Shown: piece by piece, positions 36,075-45,537 of the stretch
How the letters are laid out: each line of letters begins with the position of its first letter
How positions within the stretch are numbered: the stretch's first letter is position 1
NCBI GenBank assembly: GCA_963807575.1
Contig: CAWECD010000017.1
Location: forward strand, 125,176-189,175
Direction: 5' to 3'
Source: an uncultured Acidimicrobiaceae bacterium
GTDB lineage: Bacteria > Actinomycetota > Acidimicrobiia > Acidimicrobiales > Bog-793
Length of the DNA stretch: 64,000 nucleotides
The notes under the pieces: generated by a model
Told to the model about the DNA's origin: nothing
What the model saw: the letters and a program-made list of their open reading frames with translations, nothing else
Database searches by the model: none
Position numbers and translations under genes: made by a program

Positions 36075-37550
36075 GTGGAGGGGGGACGGACCACGGCGCC
36101 ACGAAGCGCTAAACGACAGCCGGGCATCACCTCCCACACGGGCCTCGCCATGGTCGTGGTGATGACAGGGGTCCTCATCACCGCCGTCGACACGACGATC
36201 GTGGTCCTAGCGCTTCCGGAGATCGAACGAGGGCTGCACGTAGCACTCTCCTCGGTCATCTGGATCGTCATCGGCTACCTGCTCGTCATCACCCTGCTCG
36301 CCACCCAGGTCGGACGGCTCGGGGACATGTTCGGACGGGTACGCATGTACGAGATGGGCTTCCTTGTCTTCATCCTGGGTTCGCTCGCGTGTGCTCTCGC
36401 GTGGAACGAGACGGCCATCATCGGCTTTCGGATTCTTCAGGCCGTCGGCGGGGCGTTCGTCACCGCCAACAGCGGTGCGGTGATCGCCGACCTGTACCCT
36501 GTCGAACGGCGTGGACGCGCCTATGGGTACAACTCGATCGGTTGGAGCATCGGGGCCGTCCTCGGGATCGTGCTGGGGGGCCTGATCGTCACCTACATCT
36601 CGTGGCGCTGGATCTTCTGGATCAACGTGCCGATCGGCGCTGCCGCGTTGGTCCTCGCAACCAGGGTGCTCCACGATCACGGCCAGCGGGCCCGCCGCCA
36701 CTTCGACCTCCTGGGCATGGTTACCCTCGGCCTCGGGCTGTTCGGCGTGCTCTGGGCCATGACAACGCTCGCCACATCGGCATTCGACGCCTCCGTGGCC
36801 GGCTACTTGATCGGTGGGGTCGTGCTCATCTGCGTCTTTGTCGTCGTTGAGCTGCGCCAGTCCGAGCCGATGCTCCGCCTCTCGCTGTTCAAGGTCCCGA
36901 TGCTCGCACCGTCGCTGCTCGCCGCGTTGTTCCAGGGACTCGCCAACTTCGCCGTGCTCTTCCTGGTCATCATGTACCTCCAGGGACCCCGGGGACTTTC
37001 CCCAATCCACGGCTCGCTACTGCTCGTGCCCGGCTACGTGGTCGGTTCGGCTGTCGGCCCCTTCGCCGGGCGATCGGCGGATCGGTTCGGACCGGTGATA
37101 CCGGCAACAGTTGGGCTCGGTATCCAGGTGATTGCCCTGTTCCTCTACGCGCAGCTCTCGCTTGGCAGCGGCCTGTGGCTCGTCGTCGTCGCGAGCGTCG
37201 TGAATGGGATCGGGGCAAGCTCCTTCTTCCCCGCCAACAACTCGGCAGTGATGAAGGCCTCACCGCCTGACGTGTTCGGGATCTCCTCGGGAATGCTCAG
37301 GACCTTCGCCAACATCGGGATGGTCTTCTCGTTCTCGGTGGCGATCCTCGTCGCCTCCCGCTCGATCCCCAAGCACCTCGCCTTCGCGATCTTCGTAGGC
37401 ACCACGAGCCTGCACGGCCACTTGGCGAAGGTCTTCACGACCGGGCTGCACGCCGCCTTCTATGCCTCGATGGGTTTCATGGCCCTGGCCGCCGTGCTGT
37501 CGGCAACAAGGGCCCAACGCTCACGAGGAGCTCCCGCCAAGAAACCTTGA
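36075..37550 (+). CDS. MFS transporter (DHA2-like, 14 TM)
   Basis: Motif A-like GRLGDMFGRVRMY, 14 predicted helices. Confidence 0.8.
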   Translation: MEGGRTTAPRSAKRQPGITSHTGLAMVVVMTGVLITAVDTTIVVLALPEIERGLHVALSSVIWIVIGYLLVITLLATQVGRLGDMFGRVRMYEMGFLVFILGSLACALAWNETAIIGFRILQAVGGAFVTANSGAVIADLYPVERRGRAYGYNSIGWSIGAVLGIVLGGLIVTYISWRWIFWINVPIGAAALVLATRVLHDHGQRARRHFDLLGMVTLGLGLFGVLWAMTTLATSAFDASVAGYLIGGVVLICVFVVVELRQSEPMLRLSLFKVPMLAPSLLAALFQGLANFAVLFLVIMYLQGPRGLSPIHGSLLLVPGYVVGSAVGPFAGRSADRFGPVIPATVGLGIQVIALFLYAQLSLGSGLWLVVVASVVNGIGASSFFPANNSAVMKASPPDVFGISSGMLRTFANIGMVFSFSVAILVASRSIPKHLAFAIFVGTTSLHGHLAKVFTTGLHAAFYASMGFMALAAVLSATRAQRSRGAPAKKP

Positions 37551-37564
37551 CCAGGGAGAAGCGC

Positions 37565-40500
37565 CTATGAGCAACCACTCGTCGAACCGCAGCTCGGGCA
37601 GGCATAACACGAGCCGGCACGCTGCATGACGTTGCCGCAGGCGTAGCAGAACGGGGCGTCCTTGCTCTCCATCTGTCCCGCCTGCCTCATCTGTTCGGTG
37701 TCACTCGGTCGACGCCTTGCCGCTGTGTCCCCGCCGGCGCCGAACCGCTCGCGATCGGTCCGCTCCGCGTCCCCGTTGTCGACATCCTCGAGCCCGGGCA
37801 ATGTCGGTTGCGTCCGTTCCCCCGTCGAGAGCACTCCGAGCTCGAGCCGCTCGTCAAAGCTCAAGTAGTCGAGGGCCAGCCGCCTGAAGATGTAGTCGAC
37901 GAGGCTCGAAGCCAGTCGCAGCTCCGGGTCGTCGGTGATCCCTGCCGGCTCGAACCGGAGGTTGGTGTACTTCCGGACGAAAGTCGACATCGGAACGCCG
38001 TGCTGGAGCCCGAGACTGACGGCGATGGAGAAAGCATCCATGACACCCGATAGGGTCGAACCCTGCTTGGAGACCTTCATGAAAACCTCACCGGGGCGGC
38101 CGTCTTCATACTCGCCCACTGTGACGTAGCCCTCGCAGTCGGCCACCCGGAAGGCGAAGGTATTGGAGCGACGTTTGCGGGGCAGCCGGGTTCGCGTCGT
38201 AGTGGCAGGGGCGATCACATGTCTCTGCTGCAGCGCACCCTCGAGCTCCGCGATGCGCTCGAGCAGCGCTCCCTCCCGCACGAGGCTTGCCCGTGAGGCT
38301 TCTGACGCGACATCGTCATCGTCGCCCAGGAGCGGTGCGCCGGCACCCGCCCACTTCGTCGTCGCCAGCGGCTGGGCAACCTTGCAGTTGTCGCGGTAGA
38401 CGGCGACCGCTTTCAGGCCCATTTGCCAGGCATCGATGTGCAGCTGCTCGACTTCTTCGACCGTAGCCTGCTCGGGAAGATTCACCGTCTTTGAAATGGC
38501 ACCCGAGATGAACGGCTGCGCCGCGGCCATCATCTTCACGTGACCCAGATAGTGGATCGTGTTGTCACCCATGGAACAGGCGAAGACCGGCAAATGCGCC
38601 GCCTTCAGACTGGGCGCCCCCAGGATGGTCTTGTGCTCGTCTATGTAGGCGACAATCTCGTCGATCTCGTCAGCACTGTAGCCAAGCCGCTTCAACGCGC
38701 GGGGAACGGTCTGATTGACGATCGACATCGTGCCGCCACCGACGAGCTTCTTCGTCTTCACAAGTCCAAGATCAGGCTCGATCCCCGTCGTATCGCAGTC
38801 CATGAGGAACGAGATCGTTCCCGTAGGCGCCAGCACCGTCGCCTGGGCATTGCGCACGCCATAGGCCTCGGCTAGATCGACCGCGGTGTCCCAGGCCTCC
38901 TGCGCCGCGCAGAGAAGCTCGGTCGAGACCTGTTCCTCGTCGATCTTCGCCACCTCGACGCGGTGCATCCGCAGTACGTCCAGCATCGGGCCCGCGTTCT
39001 CATGGAAGCCGGCGAACGGCCCCATTCTCGCTGCCGTGCGGGCCGAGGTCGCGTACGCCGCGCCCGTCATGAGAGCCGTGATCGTCGCCGCGATGGCCCG
39101 GCCCTCGTCCGAGTCGTAGGGCACGCCCTGAGCCATGAGCAGCGCCCCGAGGTTTGCGTAACCGAGGCCCAGCTCTCGGAACCGGCGCGTTGTGTCAGCG
39201 ATCTTCGCCGTCGGGTAGTCGGCGTTGCCGACAAGGATCTCCTGAGCCGTGAACACGATGGTGACGGCCGCTTCGAACCCCTTGGCGTCGAAGGTGTCGT
39301 CGTCGTTCAAGAAGCGCATGAGGTTGAGGCTGGCGAGGTTGCAGCTGCTGTTGTCGAGGTGAACATACTCAGAGCAAGGGTTGCTGGCCGTGATCCGGCC
39401 TGTGTTGGGCGCCGTGTGCCACTTGTTGATGGTCGTGTCGAACTGGATGCCGGGGTCCGCGCACTCCCACGCGGCCTCTGCGATCTGACGGAACAGGCCA
39501 CGCGCCCTGAGAGTCTCGATGACCTCGCCCGAAGTCCGGCTGATGAGATCCCAGTCGGCGTCGTCGAGCACTGCCCGCATGAACTCGTCTGTCAGCCGGA
39601 CCGAGTTGTTGGCGTTCTGGTACTGAACGGACTGGCTGTCCCTGCCATCCAGGTCCATATCGAAGCCGGCCTGTGCCAACACACGCGCCTTGCGCTCCTC
39701 ACGGGCCTTGCACCAGATGAACTCTTGGATGTCCGGGTGGTCGGCATCCAGGATCACCATCTTTGCCGCGCGACGCGTCTTGCCGCCGGACTTGATCGTT
39801 CCTGCAGAGGCGTCCGCCCCGCGCATGAAGCTCACGGGCCCCGAGGCCGTCCCGCCCCCGTGAAGCAGCTCCCGGGAAGACCGGATGTTCGAAAGGTTGA
39901 CTCCCGCGCCAGACCCACCTTTGAAGATCGTGCCCTCCTCGACGTACCAATTGAGAATGGAGGCCATCGAGTCCTCGACGCCCAGGATGAAGCAGTTGTG
40001 AACACGCAGACCGGAGCTCAGGTACTCGCCGCTCTCGGTCTGGATGTCAAAGACGTCCATCTCGCCGACGTCCTCGATCCCTGTGATGTCCAGTCGCCCG
40101 GAGATCTCCCCTTCACAAGAGGAATCGGTCCGGTGCCAGCTCAGCTGGTCCCCCACCTGCAGCTCAGCGGCGGGAACGAACCGGCCGGTATCTTCGCCGC
40201 TCGCCCGCCACACGAGATGATCAGCGGTGACGTCGAGCTGGTGCCCGGCCTTGGTCGTAACGCGCAGCACGTGCTTGCGCCCGTTGGCCTTGACCGCCAC
40301 GATGCGGGTCAGACCATCGGCGTCGAACACCTTCTGACCGACGGCTTCGTCCTCGACGAGGCGCCCGATCGGGACAGGGCCGCCAGGAGTCGAGACCAGC
40401 GCGTCATAGGGTTGGCACGCGGCAGCCTGCTGCGGCACACCTTCAACGCCGATGTTGAACCAGACCGGTGAGTTGAACGCCGCCTTCTGCTGCACGACGA

Positions 40501-40894
40501 GGTGCTTGAGCTCGTCGCTGAAGATGGCCGCCTCGGCCGAATCAACGAAATACCCGTCTTTCAAGCCCCATGCCGTGATCGTGTCCACGACACGGTCGAC
40601 AATCTGCCGCAGCGAGTGTTCCCGTCCCGGCATGCCGACGGTACCTCGGAAGTACTTCTGAGCGAGGATGTTGGTCGCATTCAGGCTCCAGGTCGAAGGC
40701 ACCTCGACACCGGGCTGTTCGAACGCGACAGCCCCGGTGCGGTAGTCGCTGATGCGGGAGTCACGGAGCTCCCAGACGACCTCGCCGTAGGGATGGCGGG
40801 ACTCCGTGGTGAAGTGTCGTCGGATGCCAATTCCGAGGCGCTCTCCTGCAACGGCCATTGAACGGTGCCCTCCTTGGCGGAACCTGTCCACCAC
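37565..40894 (-). CDS. nrdJ: class II (adenosylcobalamin-dependent) ribonucleotide reductase NrdJ, intein-containing, C-terminal zinc ribbon
   Basis: FNSPVWFN and active-site ...AAAC|FILGVED split by intein; long actinobacterial NrdJ form; C-terminal CYACGN...CYACPSCG; true start may be the ATG 12 codons in (MAVAGERLG). Confidence 0.9.
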   Translation of the reverse strand: MVDRFRQGGHRSMAVAGERLGIGIRRHFTTESRHPYGEVVWELRDSRISDYRTGAVAFEQPGVEVPSTWSLNATNILAQKYFRGTVGMPGREHSLRQIVDRVVDTITAWGLKDGYFVDSAEAAIFSDELKHLVVQQKAAFNSPVWFNIGVEGVPQQAAACQPYDALVSTPGGPVPIGRLVEDEAVGQKVFDADGLTRIVAVKANGRKHVLRVTTKAGHQLDVTADHLVWRASGEDTGRFVPAAELQVGDQLSWHRTDSSCEGEISGRLDITGIEDVGEMDVFDIQTESGEYLSSGLRVHNCFILGVEDSMASILNWYVEEGTIFKGGSGAGVNLSNIRSSRELLHGGGTASGPVSFMRGADASAGTIKSGGKTRRAAKMVILDADHPDIQEFIWCKAREERKARVLAQAGFDMDLDGRDSQSVQYQNANNSVRLTDEFMRAVLDDADWDLISRTSGEVIETLRARGLFRQIAEAAWECADPGIQFDTTINKWHTAPNTGRITASNPCSEYVHLDNSSCNLASLNLMRFLNDDDTFDAKGFEAAVTIVFTAQEILVGNADYPTAKIADTTRRFRELGLGYANLGALLMAQGVPYDSDEGRAIAATITALMTGAAYATSARTAARMGPFAGFHENAGPMLDVLRMHRVEVAKIDEEQVSTELLCAAQEAWDTAVDLAEAYGVRNAQATVLAPTGTISFLMDCDTTGIEPDLGLVKTKKLVGGGTMSIVNQTVPRALKRLGYSADEIDEIVAYIDEHKTILGAPSLKAAHLPVFACSMGDNTIHYLGHVKMMAAAQPFISGAISKTVNLPEQATVEEVEQLHIDAWQMGLKAVAVYRDNCKVAQPLATTKWAGAGAPLLGDDDDVASEASRASLVREGALLERIAELEGALQQRHVIAPATTTRTRLPRKRRSNTFAFRVADCEGYVTVGEYEDGRPGEVFMKVSKQGSTLSGVMDAFSIAVSLGLQHGVPMSTFVRKYTNLRFEPAGITDDPELRLASSLVDYIFRRLALDYLSFDERLELGVLSTGERTQPTLPGLEDVDNGDAERTDRERFGAGGDTAARRRPSDTEQMRQAGQMESKDAPFCYACGNVMQRAGSCYACPSCGSTSGCS
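39995..40417 (-). other. 141-aa mini-intein inside nrdJ (no homing-endonuclease domain)
   Basis: Starts with Cys (CQPYDALVSTPGGPVPIG, block A), TxxH block B (VTTKAGHQL), ends ...GLRVHN followed by Cys+1 (CFILG); removal reconstitutes the conserved RNR active-site AACF motif. Confidence 0.75.
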
Positions 40895-40933
40895 ACGAGA
40901 TCCTTCGCCTGGAAATCACCCAAGTCCCGCATA

Positions 40934-40949
40934 CCACAATATCTTGTGG
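40934..40949. promoter_or_regulatory. NrdR box upstream of nrdJ
   Basis: CCACAATATCTTGTGG, 16-bp palindrome matching acaCwAtATaTwGtgt consensus; about 40 bp 5' of nrdJ ORF start. Confidence 0.55.
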
Positions 40950-41110
40950 TGCAGCAGAATATGACTACCAGATAGGTGGCTAATTACAACACCGTAGTTC
41001 CGGCCGTGTCAACGGACGGCCGCGTCGGTCATCCCTGCTCAGAGACCGCTCGCGAAGGTTCCCGTTTGCTTGCTCACGCAAAGGGCGCGCCCTCCACACC
41101 CTAACGAGGT

Positions 41111-42700
41111 GTGTGTGCACCCACCTGGGCGCTCGGCCGACGGACCGGGTACCGTGCCGTCGTGGCCGTCGTGATCGCGATCGATGCCGGGACCTCAGGG
41201 GTGCGGGCACTTGCCGTCGACGAGGACGGCCAAGTCGTGACCGCTTCCTACAGGGAGCTCCACCAGTACTTTCCCGCTCCCGGACTTGTCGAGCACGACG
41301 CTGCCGAGATCTGGTCCCTTGTCGAGACGACCCTGGCGGAGCTGCAGTCGGAGCTGACGCGACGTTCGTTGACAGCCGCCGCGATCGGGATCGCCAACCA
41401 ACGTGAGACGGCGGTGGCATGGGACCGTTCGACAGGCCGACCGTGCCATCGCGCCATCGTGTGGCAGGACCGTCGGACGGCCGCGCGATGCGTCGAGCTC
41501 GCCGAAGCCGGTCGGCTCCCGCTCGTTCGCGAACGGACCGGGCTCGTGCTCGACCCGTACTTCTCGGGCACCAAGTGGTCGTGGATGCTCGAGCGCGGCG
41601 GGGTCGAGCCCGGTCCTTCGCTCGCGTTGGGAACTGTCGACGACTGGATCTGCTGGAACCTGACGGGAGGTACGAAGTCGGGAGTGCACGCCACGGATCC
41701 CTCCAACGCCAGCCGTACGCTCTGTTACGACATCTCGCAGCGGACCTGGTCGGCGGAACTGTGCGAGATCCTCGGAGTACCGCTCGACGCCCTCGGCGAG
41801 GTCCTCCCGTCCACGCGCAGGTACGCAACAGCAGCGGCCGGTGTCGCAGGTGGCTGTGTCAAGGGTGTCCCGGTGAGCGCCATGATCGGCGACCAGCAGG
41901 CTGCGCTCTTCGGGCACGGCTGCCACCTGCCCGGCGACATTAAGGTCACCTACGGCACCGGGAGCTTTGTGCTCATGAACCTCGGCGCGCGGCGACCCCC
42001 ACCAATCGAGGGGCTCCTGACCACGGTTGCCTGGGACCTCGGGGACCACGCGCCGAAGGGCATTGACGGCTTCAGTTACGCCCTCGAAGGCTCCATATTC
42101 TCCTCCGGCGCGACGATCCAGTGGCTGCGCGATGGTCTCGGGTTGATCGGCGAGGCGGCCGAGGCCGGCCCGCTTGCCTCCCAGATCCCGGGCAACGACG
42201 GGGTGTACCTCGTCCCTGCTTTCGCCGGCCTGGGGAGTCCCTGGTGGGACCCACAGGCGCGGGGCACCATCGTGGGCATTTCAAGAGGGACCGGGCGGGC
42301 ACACTTCGCCCGTGCGGCTGTCGAGGCCATGGCCTACCAATGCCGCGACGTCCTCGAGGCGATGGTGCTTGCCGCTGGTCAGAGGATGGTCCGCCTCCAT
42401 GCCGACGGCGGAGCCTCCGCGATGGACCTTCTCTTGCAGCTCCAAGCGGACCAGTGTGGAGTGCCTGTGACCCGTCCTCACACAACTGAGGTCACAGCGA
42501 TGGGCGCCGCCATGCTCGCCGGGCTCGCTGAGGGCGTCTGGGGCTCCCTGGAGGAATTGGGGGCTTTGCCGACCAGGGCCGAGGTCTTCGAGCCTGCGCC
42601 GAAGCGCGGTCGGGCGGACGCAGATCACGCCGCTTGGACAAGAGCGCTCGAACGGTCCAGAGGCTGGGAACGAGACTCGACGCAGACCACGACGCCCTAG
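41111..42700 (+). CDS. glpK: glycerol kinase
   Basis: FGGY motifs: IAIDAGTSGVRA, VWQDRRTA, YFSGTKWSWML; true start probably a GTG ~40 nt downstream of 41111. Confidence 0.85.
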   Translation: MCAPTWALGRRTGYRAVVAVVIAIDAGTSGVRALAVDEDGQVVTASYRELHQYFPAPGLVEHDAAEIWSLVETTLAELQSELTRRSLTAAAIGIANQRETAVAWDRSTGRPCHRAIVWQDRRTAARCVELAEAGRLPLVRERTGLVLDPYFSGTKWSWMLERGGVEPGPSLALGTVDDWICWNLTGGTKSGVHATDPSNASRTLCYDISQRTWSAELCEILGVPLDALGEVLPSTRRYATAAAGVAGGCVKGVPVSAMIGDQQAALFGHGCHLPGDIKVTYGTGSFVLMNLGARRPPPIEGLLTTVAWDLGDHAPKGIDGFSYALEGSIFSSGATIQWLRDGLGLIGEAAEAGPLASQIPGNDGVYLVPAFAGLGSPWWDPQARGTIVGISRGTGRAHFARAAVEAMAYQCRDVLEAMVLAAGQRMVRLHADGGASAMDLLLQLQADQCGVPVTRPHTTEVTAMGAAMLAGLAEGVWGSLEELGALPTRAEVFEPAPKRGRADADHAAWTRALERSRGWERDSTQTTTP

Positions 42701-42844
42701 GGTCATGAGGGGCTTCGAGCCCCTCCACAACATGGTGATCCAACAGGCAGCACCAAGGGGTCGACGGGTCTGCCCCAAGTAAGGCTCAGTGCCGTTTCCA
42801 CCGGTGCCGATGGTTACTCCACAGCTGTTGCAAGTGCGGATCAT

Positions 42845-43639
42845 GTGGGAGCCGGTAAATCGATGGTCGGACGCGACTTCACAACAGCAGGGAGAACCCG
42901 CGTCGGGTCGATCCGGCCCTTCGTCACGGTGTCGATGGCACTGCTCATCGGGCTGGCCGTTCTTGGCCCCTTCGGGCTCCTCACGGCCGGCGATGCGAAC
43001 GGGCAGCCTGCGCCGATTGGCCGCCTCGCGCCGGGCGTGTCCGCGGCTGCGCGAAGCGTTGAGTCTCCCAGCTGGTGGCAGGGTGGCACCTGCGATCCAA
43101 GAAACGCCCCCGGATCTCAGATCCTTGGTGCCTCCTGGCACGGTCTGGTGGCGTGTGGTCCAGGTACGACGCAGGGCGGCAGTGACCACATTGTCTTCTT
43201 CTTTCCCGGCGCTTGGGGCGAGCTCGAATGGGAATGTGTGGAGCTCTCGATGCGCTGGATGTACCTCGCCTGGGGTGTGAGCCCCTACCCGGCCGACGGT
43301 TGGGACCTCGTGCGCAACTACGACCTCTTCAAGGCCAGGTACAACCCCTACGGGCCCCAACTACTGGTCGTCGCGAACGGCACGGTCGGAGCCGTCCCGC
43401 AACCCGGCGACGTCGTGTCGGTCGGCCGCACCCACACCGACAGCTTCGGCCACACGGCGGTCGTGACCGCGAGCGCTGTGGACGCCCAGGGCAACGGGAC
43501 CATCACCTTGATCCAACAGAACGGCGGTGCCGGCAACGACGGATGGGCAACCTATGCCATGAACAACTGGGTCGTCGCCGACGGGGTCACCGGTTGGCTC
43601 CACGACCCTTCGTGGACGTTTCAGCGGCCGCTGGTCTGA
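42845..43639 (+). CDS. secreted CHAP-domain peptidoglycan hydrolase
   Basis: Signal peptide; catalytic Cys (EWECVELSMRW), His (DSFGHTAVVTAS) and following TLIQQNGG (EQN-like) motif of CHAP amidase/peptidase domains. Confidence 0.7.
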   Translation: MGAGKSMVGRDFTTAGRTRVGSIRPFVTVSMALLIGLAVLGPFGLLTAGDANGQPAPIGRLAPGVSAAARSVESPSWWQGGTCDPRNAPGSQILGASWHGLVACGPGTTQGGSDHIVFFFPGAWGELEWECVELSMRWMYLAWGVSPYPADGWDLVRNYDLFKARYNPYGPQLLVVANGTVGAVPQPGDVVSVGRTHTDSFGHTAVVTASAVDAQGNGTITLIQQNGGAGNDGWATYAMNNWVVADGVTGWLHDPSWTFQRPLV

Positions 43640-44401
43640 TACACCGGGCCACCCGGGTTCGAGGCAGGCATTGCAGCACCTGGCAACGGCTTCGAGCTTG
43701 TTGCCACCAACGCGAGCTCTATTTCCGTTTCCGGTTACGCGGGCGTCATGGGACCTGACGGCGGTGCCGTCTACGGTCACATCGACCAGCTCGGCAACTT
43801 CTTCGTGCGATAGGGCGCGCCCCCGGCCTGGTATCTCGCGGCCCAGCACGCCACGTCGATTGCCATCGCCACTACCCCGTCGGGAGTGCTGGTCCTGGCC
43901 TTTTTGAGCACGACTGGTGACTTCTATGCCGAGCAGGGCTCGCTCACTGGGCCCTTCACTCTCGAGGCTACGGGCGTCAGCTCGATCGCACTCGCCGAGG
44001 GCACCACGCCGTCGAGTGGGTTGATGGGATACCTATCGATCAACGGGAGTTTCTTCGTGAGCGAGGTCTCCCTTGAGGTGCAGTGGACGCTCGAAGCGCG
44101 CGGCGTGGCGGCCATTTCCCTGGCCGCAGTCGGACCCACGGGCGAACCGCTCCTCGGCTACCTGGCGGGGAGCTGCTTCTACGCAGCCGAGGGCCTCACC
44201 CCGGCCACCTGGGTCCCGGAGGCGACCGGTGTGGCTGAGATGGCGGTCGCGTCCGACTCCGCACCGGGCGCCTCGCCAGTCCTCGGCTATGTCACGATCA
44301 CCGGCAACCCCGAAGTGCTGCAAGGTCAGCCCTCCAGCCGTTTCTCGTTGCAGGCCAGTGACGTCTCGTCGCTTGCTCTCTCGAGCGTCACCGACTCCTG
44401 A
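43640..44401 (+). pseudogene. 43-aa tandem-repeat region in the same frame as the CHAP gene, separated from it by in-frame TGA (43637) and TAG (43811)
   Basis: No stop other than those two across 42845-44401 in this frame; peptide between the stops (…ASSISVSGYAGVMGPDGGAVYGHIDQLGNFFVR) aligns with downstream repeats (TLEATGVSSIALAEG…LMGYLSINGSFFVSE). Confidence 0.4.
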
Positions 44402-44752
44402 ACGCTTCGTCTCAGGGCGCCTTGTGAGGCAATAGGCGGCGCCTTGCCAAGTAGGTCGGTTGGTCCCGACTGGCCCGCCTGCCGCCGCTCAAGGGCGAGT
44501 GCACCCGTGCCGATGATTGTTGTACGACCCCGATTGCCTTGCGAGGGAAGTTGGGAACCACGGCCGGCGTTGCATGGCCCGCCAAGCCGAAGATGAAGCA
44601 TGACCCCTTTCAGGTGCGCTCAGCTCTCGATTCGCGGATCGAGAGCTGGCCGGCGCCCGCGACCACTCCCCGGGCCAACAGTCGACCCGGCTCGGGACGG
44701 GAATAGCGCGCGACGGCCGTGCGGTTGACGCTTGGAGTGAGGGGGTGCACCG

Positions 44753-45448
44753 ATGAACTTGACCGACGAGTTCGAAGTTCCGCTGGGTGTTGCCGAGGCA
44801 TGGACCGTCCTCACAGATGTCGAGAAGATCGCACCTTGCCTGCCCGGAATCTGGCTCCGAGAGGTGGCGGGAGACGAGTACCAGGGCGTCGTGAAGGTCA
44901 AGGCCGGACCGGTCACGGCGTCATACGAGGGCGTCGCCCGCTACCTGCTGCTCGATGCGGACGCACACCAGGCCGTGCTGAAGGCAGAAGGACACGAGAT
45001 CCGTGGGCAAGGAAAGGGCACGGCCCTGGTCACCGCAACCCTGTTCCCCTCAGCCGCAGGCACCAGGGTCCAGGTCGTCACGGTTCTCTCGATCGACGGG
45101 AGGCTCTCGTTCCTTGCCGGTGATGCGCTGGCCGCCGTGTCGCGCAATCTGATCGCCGAGTTCGCCGAGAACCTGGAGAAGACGGTGTTGGCCACGCCCG
45201 AGGCCGTCACCGCATCGCCAGCCGATCAAGCCCCCTCCGAGGCACTCCCCGGGAATCTCACCGAAGTCTCTGCCGATGCCGAGCCGCCAGCAGCCGGTAC
45301 AGACCAGGCCCAGAGCCACGCGTCGACTGCCGGGGCCGAGCAGGAGCGGGGGTCGTTGACGAGGCGCCTCGCGCCGTACCTGACCGTTGCGGTGTTCCTT
45401 CTCATCGCGCGGATCGTCCTTAACTCGCAGCGTCGGCGACGGCGATAG
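44753..45448 (+). CDS. SRPBCC-fold protein, CoxG-like, with C-terminal membrane anchor
   Basis: N-terminal 140 aa match carbon-monoxide-dehydrogenase subunit G family pattern; Ala/Pro-rich linker; terminal LTVAVFLLIARIVL helix and RRRRR. Confidence 0.6.
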   Translation: MNLTDEFEVPLGVAEAWTVLTDVEKIAPCLPGIWLREVAGDEYQGVVKVKAGPVTASYEGVARYLLLDADAHQAVLKAEGHEIRGQGKGTALVTATLFPSAAGTRVQVVTVLSIDGRLSFLAGDALAAVSRNLIAEFAENLEKTVLATPEAVTASPADQAPSEALPGNLTEVSADAEPPAAGTDQAQSHASTAGAEQERGSLTRRLAPYLTVAVFLLIARIVLNSQRRRRR

Positions 45449-45537
45449 CGACGGCGATAGGCCAAATCGACTGTGAGGCCTTCGCCGGGCTGCTCGAAGG
45501 CCGATGCCAGTGCCCTCATCGATGACCTTGAGCGGGG

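Noticed and set aside
40951-40970. Possible second NrdR box (GCAGCAGAATATGACTACCA)
   Set aside because: Too degenerate to call; only the box at 40934-40949 is convincing.
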